The position numbers were made by a program, and so were the translations under genes. A stretch of DNA of 64,000 nt, from the NCBI GenBank assembly GCA_000002445.1, contig CP000066.1, positions 1,536,001-1,600,000 of the forward strand. The letters run 5' to 3'. The notes under the pieces are model-generated. The model did no database searches. It was not told the DNA's origin and saw only the letters and a program-made list of their open reading frames with translations. How positions within the stretch are numbered: position 1 is the stretch's first letter; each line of letters begins with the position of its first letter. The stretch is from Trypanosoma brucei. Taxonomy: Eukaryota. Below are positions 1-9,846 of this stretch, in pieces.

Positions 1-2
1 AT

Positions 3-1319
3 ATTGGGAGCAACACGGAAGGTAATGAGGCGAGATCTGTGGGTAACACTCAGTTATTGAAGGAAACCGCTCTCGTAGAAGCGTTTAACCTAAAAACAGC
101 TATAGAGTTCATGATGAAGAACATGTCGGCAGCGAAAGAGGCCCTTACTGACATGCCACCCCGTCTGCAAGAGGAACTCGATCCCGTTACGCTGCACAAC
201 ACTGCTCTGGTAAACATGCCAGAAGATCCATCTATTGGTTTCAGCAAGCTGAACTTCCTACTTCAAAATCCACCCTTTCCGCCGGAAACGTTCCAAAACC
301 TATTATTGTTTTACTGTAAGTACCAGTACTTTGATCTTGCGGCTGATGTTCTTGCGGAGAACCCCCACCTCAGCTGGAAGTACCTCTCGCAGCAGAACCA
401 GTCGCTATATGACTTTCTTGACGGATTAATCACAGCGCAGACATCACCTGCTGAGGCCTACCGAAAGTTTGACATATTAGCCCAGCACCACATTGACCAA
501 CTTCGTAGGCTCACGAAGAAACTTCAGGATGCAAAACAGAACCAAGACAAGAACAGCGTCCGCACTGCATTGCGAAACTATGACGAGGCGTTGGAGGATT
601 ACATTCCTGTGCTAATGGCTCAGGCAAATATTTACTGGGAAATTGAAAACTATCCGATGGTCGAAAAGCTGTTCCGTCAGTCTGCAGAATTTTGTTCTGA
701 GCACGAGATTTGGAAGCTGAACGTAGCCCATGTATTTTTCATGCAGGAAACTAAATTTCGTGAAGCAATTCGTTACTATGAACCTGTAGTGGAGGCAAAT
801 GAGGAAAATTTACTTAACTGCAGTGCCATTGTGTTGGCCAACTTGTGCGTAGCGTACATTATGACGGCACTCAATGATAAGGCGGAGGAAATTATGAGGC
901 GCATCGAGCGTGAGGAAGAGAAACTTCTTTATGTGGATCCAGAAAAGCAACCACTTCATTTGTGCATTGTGAACCTCGTTATCGGTACGCTGTACTGCTC
1001 CAAAGGGAATTTTGAGTTTGGTATTTCTCGCATCGTTAAATCTTTAGAGCCATACCATCGGAAAATCATGACCGACACGTGGTTTTATGCCAAACGTTGC
1101 TTCCTTGCCCTTGCTATGCATCTTGCCAAACATATGGTTGTTCTAAAAGACGGAACGTTTGATGAGATTCTTAATTTCTTTGATCAGGCGGATCGCTACG
1201 GGGAGAAGATACCTGCCTTCGTACATCCCGATCCTAGCAAGCAGGAAAACACATCCAAGAACACCGTGCGCTGGGAGGCGCGGCAACTTAAGCATTTATA
1301 TTTGCATATGCGTGAGTAA
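3..1319 (+). CDS. IFT70: Intraflagellar transport protein IFT70 (TTC30/DYF-1/fleer homolog), C-terminal ~430 aa; the gene starts upstream of the window.
   Basis: The reading frame is open to base 3 with no upstream stop. The listed 'M' at position 39 is a GTG codon. Remembered TTC30/IFT70 consensus matches directly: 'YIPVLMAQANIYWEIENYPMVEKLFRQSAEFCSEHEIWKLNVAHVFFMQETKFREAIRYYEPVV' versus human TTC30 'YLPVLMAQAKIYWNLENYQMVEKIFRKSVEFCNDHDVWKLNVAHVLFMQENKYKEAIGFYEPIV'. The protein has TPR-like helical character. Confidence 0.75.
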   Translation: MGSNTEGNEARSVGNTQLLKETALVEAFNLKTAIEFMMKNMSAAKEALTDMPPRLQEELDPVTLHNTALVNMPEDPSIGFSKLNFLLQNPPFPPETFQNLLLFYCKYQYFDLAADVLAENPHLSWKYLSQQNQSLYDFLDGLITAQTSPAEAYRKFDILAQHHIDQLRRLTKKLQDAKQNQDKNSVRTALRNYDEALEDYIPVLMAQANIYWEIENYPMVEKLFRQSAEFCSEHEIWKLNVAHVFFMQETKFREAIRYYEPVVEANEENLLNCSAIVLANLCVAYIMTALNDKAEEIMRRIEREEEKLLYVDPEKQPLHLCIVNLVIGTLYCSKGNFEFGISRIVKSLEPYHRKIMTDTWFYAKRCFLALAMHLAKHMVVLKDGTFDEILNFFDQADRYGEKIPAFVHPDPSKQENTSKNTVRWEARQLKHLYLHMRE

Positions 1320-1800
1320 TTTACTTACCTGAAAAGGGTGTACACCGTTACACTTCGACATTTCCTCCTGCTCCTTCTCTTCTCTTCTCTTCCCTCCCCG
1401 CCCCTTCCCTTCCTTTCAGATTTGATTTCCTTTCACTATTTCATATTTAAGAGAGGCGTAACAGTTTTTGTCTTTTATCCTGTTTTTCAGTGATGAGTAC
1501 TTTGAATTCGTCACAGTAAACTGCTACTTTGTTGCGTCTTGCTTGCAGAGGAAGGAGTGAGGAGTGATGTAAAAGAGAAGAAAGTGGGTCCCGGTGTACA
1601 CTGGAGAGAGAGAAAAGGGGGAGGGGATCAAAAAAGAAAAATTATAGAAGAGAAGAAAAAGGGGGTGGGAACAAAACAGCAGCGATTAGGGAGGGGGGGG
1701 GGGAGGAAATCAAGGAAAAGGCATGAACTATTTGTGTTAACTGAACAATAGGGAGGGGAAGCTCCCGTCTTGTTGTGTCATGGAGCTCGTTGCGGTGTCG

Positions 1801-1900
1801 TGCATTTTTTTTTCTTCTCTGTGATTCCTTCTTCCCTCCCTTTGATGTTTCGTTTACGATTTCCCTCACCGCTCTCTTTTTTTTCTTTTCGGCCTTTGAT
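1801..1900 (+). promoter_or_regulatory. Polypyrimidine (CT-rich) tract upstream of the RPB3-like CDS; putative trans-splicing/polyadenylation signal region.
   Basis: The sequence is 'tttttttttcttctctgtgattccttcttccctccctttgatgtttcgtttacgatttccctcaccgctctcttttttttcttttcgg'. Kinetoplastid spliced-leader acceptor sites lie downstream of such tracts. A second tract lies at 1361-1417. Confidence 0.45.
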
Positions 1901-2251
1901 TCGTTTGTTGAGTTACTAGAGCTGCTTTGCATATCCGCTTCCCGGTTGAGCACTGTCAAAATCAATAAAAGATATGTTGTTGTGCATGCACGCCCATGAT
2001 CATGCAACTTCCACTTGAGCAATTACAAATTTATGGTTGGTGGCGTTGCCTGTTGTACTTTTGCTTTTATTCAATTACCGCTCTCAATTTCATTTTTCAT
2101 TTCATTTTATTTTTAATAAACTTGTTTACCTGCTTTTGCTTCACCTTGATTTTGATTTATTTATTTATTTATTTGGAGGTGGTGGTAGCGAAAGAAGAAG
2201 AAAAAAAAAAAGAAATTCCCTCGAGGCCCTTTTGACGGTGCCACCTCACGT

Positions 2252-3265
2252 ATGAAGGTGACGATTGTAGACTGCAAGAGACATGAGCACTCAGCTGGGG
2301 AAACGTTGGTGTTTAAACTAAACGAAGTCGACAATTCATTTGCCAACGGACTCCGACGCGTGCTTCTGGCAGAGGTTCCAGTACTCGGAGTGGAATCTGT
2401 GACCATAATTCAAAACACATCGGTCCTTCCTGATGAAATGATTGCGCACCGAATCGGCCTTGTGCCCCTTTACTCTAAGAGGGCAAAACAGATGCAGTTT
2501 TTTCACGACTGCCTGTGCGGTGGGACTGGTTGTATTGAATGTCAAATAACAGGAGAGTTGAAGGTTCGTTGCCCTTCAAACCAACACAGTTTGCAAGTTT
2601 TCGCAGATTCTCTTAAAATTGACGACGAAGGGGTTTACCCCGTGAGTTCAGAGGAACGTGGTGTTTGGTTGTTAACGTTGGGTCGCTCGCAGGAAATTAA
2701 CCTCCGCGTGCTAATCCGAAAAAGTATTGCCAAAACACACGCCAAGTTTATGCCAGTTTCTACGGTTTCGATGCGCTACGAACCGGAGGTGATATTGAAT
2801 AAAGATGTGATTTCTAGTCTTGACCCTGAACAACTTCGGCAGTGGATGCGGTCTTGTGTCCATCGTCCACATTCCATTGCTGAGAGTAATGGAGAAGGGC
2901 ACACGGGCCACATTGACGTCAATAAGTTATGCGAGGAGTGTTTGTTGAAGGAACCGTCAGTTGTCTCCTTCACTGAGCCACTTGTCTTCGCGCGTCCCAA
3001 GAAAGATGCACGTGGGCATTATAACTTTACATTCACAGTGGAGACTACTGGCGTCCTTCCTGTACTTCAGTTAATAAGAGATGCGGTTGATGTGCTGCGT
3101 CGTAAACTCCAGCGCGTGCACGAATGTCTCACTGAGAGGGTTGTTCCCGGAGATTTAGTGGAAACCCGACCTATTGGTGATGCACCAACTGCACCCGTTG
3201 TGGTGAATGAAGACATTATGGACACCAAAGGCGCGGAGGACGATCTCAAGTTCGTGATGAATTGA
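2252..3265 (+). CDS. RPB3: DNA-directed RNA polymerase alpha-like subunit; RNA polymerase II subunit RPB3 is more likely than RPAC1.
   Basis: The N-terminal alpha-subunit dimerisation motif 'NGLRRVLLAEVPVLGVESVTIIQNTSVLPDEMIAHRIGLVPL' is present. A Cys cluster 'DCLCGGTGCIECQ' resembles the CxCx3-4Cx2C zinc motif of Rpb3, which AC40 lacks. The CDS has a genuine ATG and is 337 aa. Confidence 0.6.
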   Translation: MKVTIVDCKRHEHSAGETLVFKLNEVDNSFANGLRRVLLAEVPVLGVESVTIIQNTSVLPDEMIAHRIGLVPLYSKRAKQMQFFHDCLCGGTGCIECQITGELKVRCPSNQHSLQVFADSLKIDDEGVYPVSSEERGVWLLTLGRSQEINLRVLIRKSIAKTHAKFMPVSTVSMRYEPEVILNKDVISSLDPEQLRQWMRSCVHRPHSIAESNGEGHTGHIDVNKLCEECLLKEPSVVSFTEPLVFARPKKDARGHYNFTFTVETTGVLPVLQLIRDAVDVLRRKLQRVHECLTERVVPGDLVETRPIGDAPTAPVVVNEDIMDTKGAEDDLKFVMN

Positions 3266-3598
3266 AAGACGTTGCGAAGTCTCACCACATGGGGGTACAT
3301 ATTCGCACGCACATCCGTACACTTTTCGTGGTAACTCCTCTGCTTGTTTACTCATAATTCAAGCGTCGGGTTACCTTGCGATGCTCCTGTTTCTACGTTA
3401 ATGAGGATGTCGCCTTGAGTAAAATACCATGGGTTTAACTAATACAAACTTTCCTTGTAAATCATCTTTTTTTTTTCTTTGCTCTTTGTAGGTAGTAGTG
3501 GTCTGGGTTTGGTGGGCAAGTACTCATTGGGAATCGTGGAGGGTAACAGAGAGAGAGAGAGTGCTGGATAAAAAAGAAAAGAAAAAGTGTGTGTAGAA

Positions 3599-6178
3599 AT
3601 GCCACCACCGGCTCTACCAACAATTCGCCACCCAAGTGGTCTCCAGAAACCTCCACTGCCTGCAATCAGGAAACCCACCATGGATGATGGAGTCGCGCGG
3701 ATGTTGGAAACTGGAAACTTGTCTGCAGATGTTGATTTGGAGGAATTCTTCAATAAAGAAGGTGTCTTTAAAGCCGTGAAGGCACCAGTACACCCCGTTA
3801 AGGAGCGACAACTTCCCAGAGTCATGACAAAGACGTCTTCGTACGCAAGATACAATGGAGTATTGTTAGACATCGAGGACATCCGTAAGATTCCACCGAA
3901 GTTGAATTTGCAGGATCTTCGGGAGTGGGAAAATGGTGTAGATGATGACGACGATGCAAGCGATGTGACGTCTTCGTTGTACGGCACAGTACTAAAGAAC
4001 GCTGGAGAAATCATGACCCATTTGCAGGCTCCGCAGCGTAATGACACACGTACATATGTAGAACTTTTAGATGAGTACTCTATGCACGAATTTATTATCA
4101 GAAAGGGAATGACGCTCCGAAATACACCGGAGTTTGCCTCTTTCAAGCGTCGATATAATTCCTGTTGGGGCAACATCGAGCATATAGTGGTGAAGTTGGA
4201 GAACTTCCTCAAAATGTATAACGTCGAACTTGCTTTTGTGGATGGTAGAAAAGTCGCTGAGTTAGCTGCCTTTCAAGTGGATGACATTTTGAAGCGTGAG
4301 GATCTGTTACAGTGCTTTGCAAATCACGAAGAAGTAGAAGAGATGACTGCAAATGTGTCACAGTTGTATGCCGCTGCAGACAGCGGCCGAAAGTTGGCAG
4401 TAGAAAAAATTCAAGCTACGTGGCGTATGTACCAACAGCGCATCGCCTATCGGCATTTACTTGATGGAAAGAAGGCTGCCACTACCGTACAGCGCGCATG
4501 GACGTTATACCGGTTGCATTGTACAACGAGGAAGACAATCAAGGCGTTACGCGAAACGCGTTTACTTCGGTGGAAACACACGATGGAAGAGTTTATAAGG
4601 AAGTGGCCCAAGATCAGGGATGGGCCTCGACGCATCATCCATGTGCCGTCGTTGTCGTATCCACGCTTTCATGCGAAGCACGTCCCGTTTTACCTTCTCC
4701 TTCAAATGGGGCAAATCATTCGTGTGTCGGATCTTAAGGATCCCAACGTTGAAATAATTCTTATTGTCCCCATGAGGCCGGAACCAGAGATATTAGAGTA
4801 TTATTACTCAATGTTGGCGAGCGCCGGCGTACCAGACGTGAAAAGTCGTTTAACCTTGCTAGTTCCTGAGGAGGCGAAGCGGCTTCCAGGTGTTCTCAGT
4901 TTGACGAGGCTGATGCTTCTCAGCTCAAGGCTGATGAAATGCCTCGCGTCAGCGAGCAAAGGCCGCGACACCTACATCGTTCCTGGTGTTGTGGGTGCTG
5001 AGGAGTTATCTCTTGCCACCGAACTGAATGTACCAATGCTTAGTGCAGATCCAAATATTGCTCAGGCGTTTGGAACAAAAAGTGGGGGTCGGCGGCTGAT
5101 GGATTTAGCGGCCGTGCCGGCCCCTCCCGGTGCGCATGGGCTCAACGATAGGAATGATCTTCTCTCTGCGTTGGCGTTGCTTATGGTTAATTACAGGGAG
5201 GTTTCTCGGTGGCTTGTTAAGTTAGATACAGAATCTGGGAGTCGTGGTCACGCTTATTTTGATGTGAATCGTATTCACGTCATGGCTGGCGTCGACGAGA
5301 GCAAGAAGACGTATGAAAATGTTTTAGCTGAACTTAAGCAGCACGCCGGTAAGCGGGCCCGGCTGCTTAATCCGCTTAGTTACTCTGACTGGGAAGCATA
5401 TCTGAATATGTTCGACGTGGTTGGAGGTTGTGTAGAGGCGGTACCCAATCGAATTAAGACATCCCTGACGGCAAATCTTTTCGTGGAACCGAGCGGTGTA
5501 GTGGCAGTTAACTCTGTTGTAGAACCGATGCTTGCTCCTGCTTTTACGGTTATTGGATGTCAGTATCCGTTTTCAAAGGTGGTCCCGTACGCTGCGGTGC
5601 GTGATGCAGCGCTGGCTTTGGCCAAGGCTGCGTATCACAAGGGTATTATGGGCTACATGTCTGTTGATTTTGTTGTCACAGATGTCAGCGAGAATTCTTT
5701 ACCTCGGTTGTATGCGGTTGATGTTGACCTTTGCTTAACCAATAACGCAGCAGCGCATAGCTTCGCCTGTCTAGTGGCCGGTTGTGAATGGAATGCCGAG
5801 GAGGGAACCTGCTTATTCCGTGGCACCGCTAATAGTCTGTCATATGCGTATAGTGGGTTGATATATAGCCCACTTCTCGCTTCCGTGAGGCACAAGTCAT
5901 TCTTTACTCTTTGTCATCGAAAGGGGTTAACATTTGATAGCCAATTACAGTCTGGTATTGTGTATCACCTACTTTCCATTATCACATGTGGCTGCGTTGG
6001 TGTGTTGTCTCTCGGAACACAGCGCAATGTTGTGGCCAGGAAAATGAAGGAATTTCAAAGCTTACTGAACTTGGAGTTGCCAAAACAGGGCGAGCACACG
6101 GGGGAAAGTAACATCATGTACTTCTATTCTGCAACCCACCAACTGGTACGTTCTGTGCAAGTATCTGAAATGAAGTAA
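3599..6178 (+). CDS. Hypothetical 860-aa protein with two IQ calmodulin-binding motifs.
   Basis: This is a long + strand ORF. The listed start at 3587 is GTG, and the first ATG is at 3599 (MPPPALPTIRH...). The IQ motifs are 'EKIQATWRMYQQRIAYRHLL' and 'TTVQRAWTLYRLHCTTRKTIKALRETRLLRWK'. I recognise no other domain. Confidence 0.6.
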   Translation: MPPPALPTIRHPSGLQKPPLPAIRKPTMDDGVARMLETGNLSADVDLEEFFNKEGVFKAVKAPVHPVKERQLPRVMTKTSSYARYNGVLLDIEDIRKIPPKLNLQDLREWENGVDDDDDASDVTSSLYGTVLKNAGEIMTHLQAPQRNDTRTYVELLDEYSMHEFIIRKGMTLRNTPEFASFKRRYNSCWGNIEHIVVKLENFLKMYNVELAFVDGRKVAELAAFQVDDILKREDLLQCFANHEEVEEMTANVSQLYAAADSGRKLAVEKIQATWRMYQQRIAYRHLLDGKKAATTVQRAWTLYRLHCTTRKTIKALRETRLLRWKHTMEEFIRKWPKIRDGPRRIIHVPSLSYPRFHAKHVPFYLLLQMGQIIRVSDLKDPNVEIILIVPMRPEPEILEYYYSMLASAGVPDVKSRLTLLVPEEAKRLPGVLSLTRLMLLSSRLMKCLASASKGRDTYIVPGVVGAEELSLATELNVPMLSADPNIAQAFGTKSGGRRLMDLAAVPAPPGAHGLNDRNDLLSALALLMVNYREVSRWLVKLDTESGSRGHAYFDVNRIHVMAGVDESKKTYENVLAELKQHAGKRARLLNPLSYSDWEAYLNMFDVVGGCVEAVPNRIKTSLTANLFVEPSGVVAVNSVVEPMLAPAFTVIGCQYPFSKVVPYAAVRDAALALAKAAYHKGIMGYMSVDFVVTDVSENSLPRLYAVDVDLCLTNNAAAHSFACLVAGCEWNAEEGTCLFRGTANSLSYAYSGLIYSPLLASVRHKSFFTLCHRKGLTFDSQLQSGIVYHLLSIITCGCVGVLSLGTQRNVVARKMKEFQSLLNLELPKQGEHTGESNIMYFYSATHQLVRSVQVSEMK

Positions 6179-6912
6179 TGTGTCGTTGGTGTGGTGGGGA
6201 AGTGGAGTATGGAAATTATTTTGGAATCACACTTTCTGATGACTAAAATTTGTGGTGCAAACATGTCGTACATGGATCGTAACTGCGTCTCATTTAAACC
6301 CACACGAAATGTAACTTGCGAACAGGTGTGTTAAGGTTCTTTCGCTACCCCATGCGAGTTGTTATCGTTGCAGCTTTATTGTAAATGAAGGAGCCATCAC
6401 CACCTCTTCCACCACTCCGTCTTCTTCTGTACATGTAACTTACAGTGCTTATTTCCCCCTCCTGAATGTGTGTGTGTGTGTGTTTTTGTGCGTTCTTTTG
6501 TTGTTGATGTTGCTGTTACCATTCAGTTGCAATTGTTCATACACATTTCACACGCCCTTTTACTCACATGACTCTTTTCCACATTCATCCCTCTCGCTGC
6601 GGTCGTTTTCATTCCGGTCGCCAGCACAGAAGGCGCACCTTTCAGTTGTTGTTTAGGTTTAGGCTTTTTTTTGTTGTTTTCCCTTTTTCATATTTGTTAC
6701 TCTGCGTATTCCTCCGTGGGAGTATTTTTCATACCTCTGAAGGCCCACCAATAAGGCACCATTGTTACTGACTCCCTACATTAAGGGGTGTTGTAGTGCA
6801 TTTGAAGGGAGAAGGCGGGTGCTGCGTGGAGAAAGCGAGAGGCAAAGGAAAAGGAAACAGAAAAAGCTGTGTTGGTCAGAGGAAGCGGGAGGAAGGTAAA
6901 TATCATCAGGTC

Positions 6913-9648
6913 ATGTCGGACAACAGAAAAGCAGTGGACGTTACCGTTCTGTCAGAGGATCCTAAGAAGAAAGAAAATGAGAAGAAAGCACGTGAGGCTG
7001 AGTCGCTGAAGATGAGTGAAGAGGATGAACGCATAAAAGGCCAAGTTGAACTTCTTGTTACGCGCGTGGGCGACAGCAACACTGAGTTGGCAGCGGTTGC
7101 GGTTGATCAACTGATTGATTTGCTGCGGACGCACACAAGCGGCAGCGTGGCATCGGTTCCAAAACCACTCAAGTATGTCCGCTCCATGTACGGGCAATTG
7201 GAGAGGGTTCAGAAAGAGACTACTAACCCTAAGCTCGCTGTTCGCCTCCACGACGTACTTTCTTTCGTGGCTATGACCATTGAGTTCCCTGATGGCCAGC
7301 GTCCGGCTCTAGAGCACAAATTGCTAGGTACTCAAGATGATCTCGCCCATTGGGGTCACGAGTATCTCCGCTTCCTCGCCGGGTGCATTAGTACAGAGTG
7401 GAAGGAACGTGTTAGCAAAGGAGAAAGTGTCGTCCACTTGGATGGCTTTATTCAACAAATTGTGAGCTATATGGTGAAACACCAGGATGAACCTACAGCC
7501 GTCGACCTCCTTATGGAAGTGGAGAACATCAAAGCAATCATTCCATTTATTGATGGTCACAACCACAGGCGTATTGCATCTTACTTGGCTGCTGCGAGTA
7601 AGTATTTAACTCGTCCAATGGACACTGAGGCTCTCCGTGTGGTGTATGATATTTATGTAAAAATGGAATCGTACACGGAGGCTCTCTTTGTAGCCTTGCA
7701 GTTAGGTGATCGTGCTGCCGTGGAGAACCTCTTCAAAATGTGCGAGAAGTCTTCTGTAAGCTTGCAAATGGCGCTGAGTTGTGCGCGCTATAGGTTTTTC
7801 CTTCCAAACGACAATGAGGAACAAGGAATTCTCTCTAGTGCTAACGGTAATATGAAACTTTCAGAGCTGTATCGTCACGTCGCAACGGAGCTTGATGCTA
7901 TGACTCCGCTGACACCCGAGGATATATTTAAGACAGGTCTTGACGGGAAGCAGTCCAGCAGTGCCTCTGACAGCTCCTTCAAACTTGCATGTTCCTTCGC
8001 TAGTGGTCTCGTAAACTGTGGATATGGTAAGGATATGTATTTGACAGGTGAGGAAGCCACGTGGCCCAGTGAGCAAACTGATAACCGCCTCTTCGCAACA
8101 ACATCCATGTTGGGGCTTATTCATCTATGGGATCACGCGGACGGTCTACTGGAAATTGAAAAATACCTCCACTCAGATACTGTCAATATCAGAGCCGGTG
8201 CTTGCCTGGCCACTGGTATTTCCCTATGCGGGGTGAGCCATCCCTACGACCCTGCTCTTGGACTCCTCAACGATTTTGTGTGTGCCCCGCATAAAGAGGT
8301 CAGGATTGGTGCTATTCTTGGCTTAGGTTACGCTTATGCAGGGTCGATGCGGGAGGAAATAAGGGAATTGTTGGTACCAATCCTTATCGATGGCGAACAA
8401 ACAATGGAGGTTCAGTGTTTGACAGCGCTTGCACTTTCAATGGTTTTCGTCGGCTCCACAGACGAGGGGATGGTCGAGACGATAACGCATATTCTTTTGG
8501 AGATGCCAGAAAAGGACCTAAAGGAATCCGCCACCTGCTACATTATCCTTGCACTGGGCTGCCTGTTTCTTGGACGGCAAGAAGCTGCTGATACTCTTCT
8601 GGACACTTTGCAAACATCTTCACCTATTATAAGACGTTATGCAGAGATCGTAGTGCGTAGCTGCGCCTACGCGGCAACAGGGAACGTGGTTGTCATCCAG
8701 AACTTCTTTCACGCAATCGCCGAGAACGATGAGCCTGAAGATACTGAGGTTCCTGCGGCCGAGGGCGACGGAAATGGTCAACAGCAGAAAAAAAACCGAC
8801 AGCAGCAGTCCACAGAGAATGCAGCGCATTTAAACTATAAGGCCGCTGCAGTACTTGGTATTGCATTGGTTGCCCTTGGAGAGGATATTGGAACAGAGAT
8901 GGCCAAGCGTTCAATCATTCATACACTTCTCGTCGACACGGTGAGCAAAGGTGAGGCAAATATATCGGGCAGGCATGCCATACCCCTGGCGTACGCATTG
9001 CTTTCAGCATCCAACCCCGGTATGCAGGTCGTAGAGACACTCAACCGCCTCTCACACGACAGCGACATGCTCACTGCAATAAATGCTATTGTGGCCATGG
9101 GTGTAGTGGCTGCAGGAAGTAACAACGCCAGGGTTGTGAGCAAACTACGGAACCTCGCTTTATATTACCAGAAAGATCGCTTCGCTTCTTATCTTTTCTC
9201 GGTGAGACTTGCGCAGGGGTTTACAATGATGGGTAGGGGCCATTTAACCCTTTCCCCATTGTTGAATGACCGTTCACTGGTTTCCCCCACGGCACTCATG
9301 GGGTTGCTTGTATTTTTACACAGCGCTCTGAACTTCGAGGAAATCATCCTCGGTAAGTACAGCTATATGGTCTCCAGTATTGCTCCCAGCATTAACCCGC
9401 GCATGGTGCTTGCAGTTGATGATCAGATGGAAGTTGTTAAAGATGGCGTGCAGGTGCGCGTGGGATTGCCTGTTGATACCGTCGCTGTTGCTGGGAAACC
9501 GAAATCCATCACAGGTTTCCAGACTCAAACCACACCAACGCTTATTAGCGTCACAGACAAGGTAGAGGTTGCCTCTCAGAAGTACAGGCCGGTTGCCAGC
9601 GTTGTGGAGGGTACATTTGTTGTGGAAGAGAAACCAAATATGGAGTAG
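6913..9648 (+). CDS. RPN1: 26S proteasome regulatory subunit RPN1 (non-ATPase subunit 2, PSMD2 homolog).
   Basis: The ORF is listed from 6796, but the first ATG at 6913 (MSDNRKAVD...) follows a Gly/Lys-rich leader that is unlikely to be coding. The N-terminus is KEKE-rich. Matches to remembered PSMD2: 'SVPKPLKYVRSMYGQLERVQ' versus 'SVPKPLKFLRPHYGKLKEI'. 'LLGTQDDLAHWGHEYLRFLAG' versus '[21 protein letters not shown]'. 'GKPKSITGFQTQTTPTLIS' versus 'GKPKTITGFQTHTTPVLLA'. PC repeats are present ('GAILGLGYAYAGS', 'AVLGIALVALGEDIG'). Confidence 0.7.
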   Translation: MSDNRKAVDVTVLSEDPKKKENEKKAREAESLKMSEEDERIKGQVELLVTRVGDSNTELAAVAVDQLIDLLRTHTSGSVASVPKPLKYVRSMYGQLERVQKETTNPKLAVRLHDVLSFVAMTIEFPDGQRPALEHKLLGTQDDLAHWGHEYLRFLAGCISTEWKERVSKGESVVHLDGFIQQIVSYMVKHQDEPTAVDLLMEVENIKAIIPFIDGHNHRRIASYLAAASKYLTRPMDTEALRVVYDIYVKMESYTEALFVALQLGDRAAVENLFKMCEKSSVSLQMALSCARYRFFLPNDNEEQGILSSANGNMKLSELYRHVATELDAMTPLTPEDIFKTGLDGKQSSSASDSSFKLACSFASGLVNCGYGKDMYLTGEEATWPSEQTDNRLFATTSMLGLIHLWDHADGLLEIEKYLHSDTVNIRAGACLATGISLCGVSHPYDPALGLLNDFVCAPHKEVRIGAILGLGYAYAGSMREEIRELLVPILIDGEQTMEVQCLTALALSMVFVGSTDEGMVETITHILLEMPEKDLKESATCYIILALGCLFLGRQEAADTLLDTLQTSSPIIRRYAEIVVRSCAYAATGNVVVIQNFFHAIAENDEPEDTEVPAAEGDGNGQQQKKNRQQQSTENAAHLNYKAAAVLGIALVALGEDIGTEMAKRSIIHTLLVDTVSKGEANISGRHAIPLAYALLSASNPGMQVVETLNRLSHDSDMLTAINAIVAMGVVAAGSNNARVVSKLRNLALYYQKDRFASYLFSVRLAQGFTMMGRGHLTLSPLLNDRSLVSPTALMGLLVFLHSALNFEEIILGKYSYMVSSIAPSINPRMVLAVDDQMEVVKDGVQVRVGLPVDTVAVAGKPKSITGFQTQTTPTLISVTDKVEVASQKYRPVASVVEGTFVVEEKPNME

Positions 9649-9814
9649 ACGAGGGGTTGGAGTGTGTTGCGATATAAATACCAGCAGTAAAAAGGAGTGG
9701 GAAGAATAGGAAAGCAAAAACAAAAAAAATGGAAGGGTAAGAAAGTTTCAAAAAGGGGCGATGTAACCACACGTGCGCGTACAAACAAGCAGTGGGAGTC
9801 CCAGGGGAAAGAGA

Positions 9815-9818
<4 letters not shown>

Positions 9819-9845
<27 letters not shown>

Positions 9846-9846
9846 G
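9819..9846. repeat. (GT)n microsatellite in the intergenic spacer.
   Basis: The sequence is 'gtgtgtgtgtgtgtgtgtgtgtgtgtgg'. A similar (CA)n sits at about 10613-10644 and a (TG)n at about 6467-6483. Confidence 0.9.

Noticed and set aside
6796-6912. An N-terminal extension of the RPN1 ORF ('MHLKGEGGCCVEKARGKGKGNRKSCVGQRKREEGKYHQV').
   Set aside because: The segment is Gly/Lys/Arg-rich and low-complexity, and it follows a CT-rich tract directly. The conserved proteasome-subunit sequence starts at the internal Met (6913). The extension is most likely 5'UTR.
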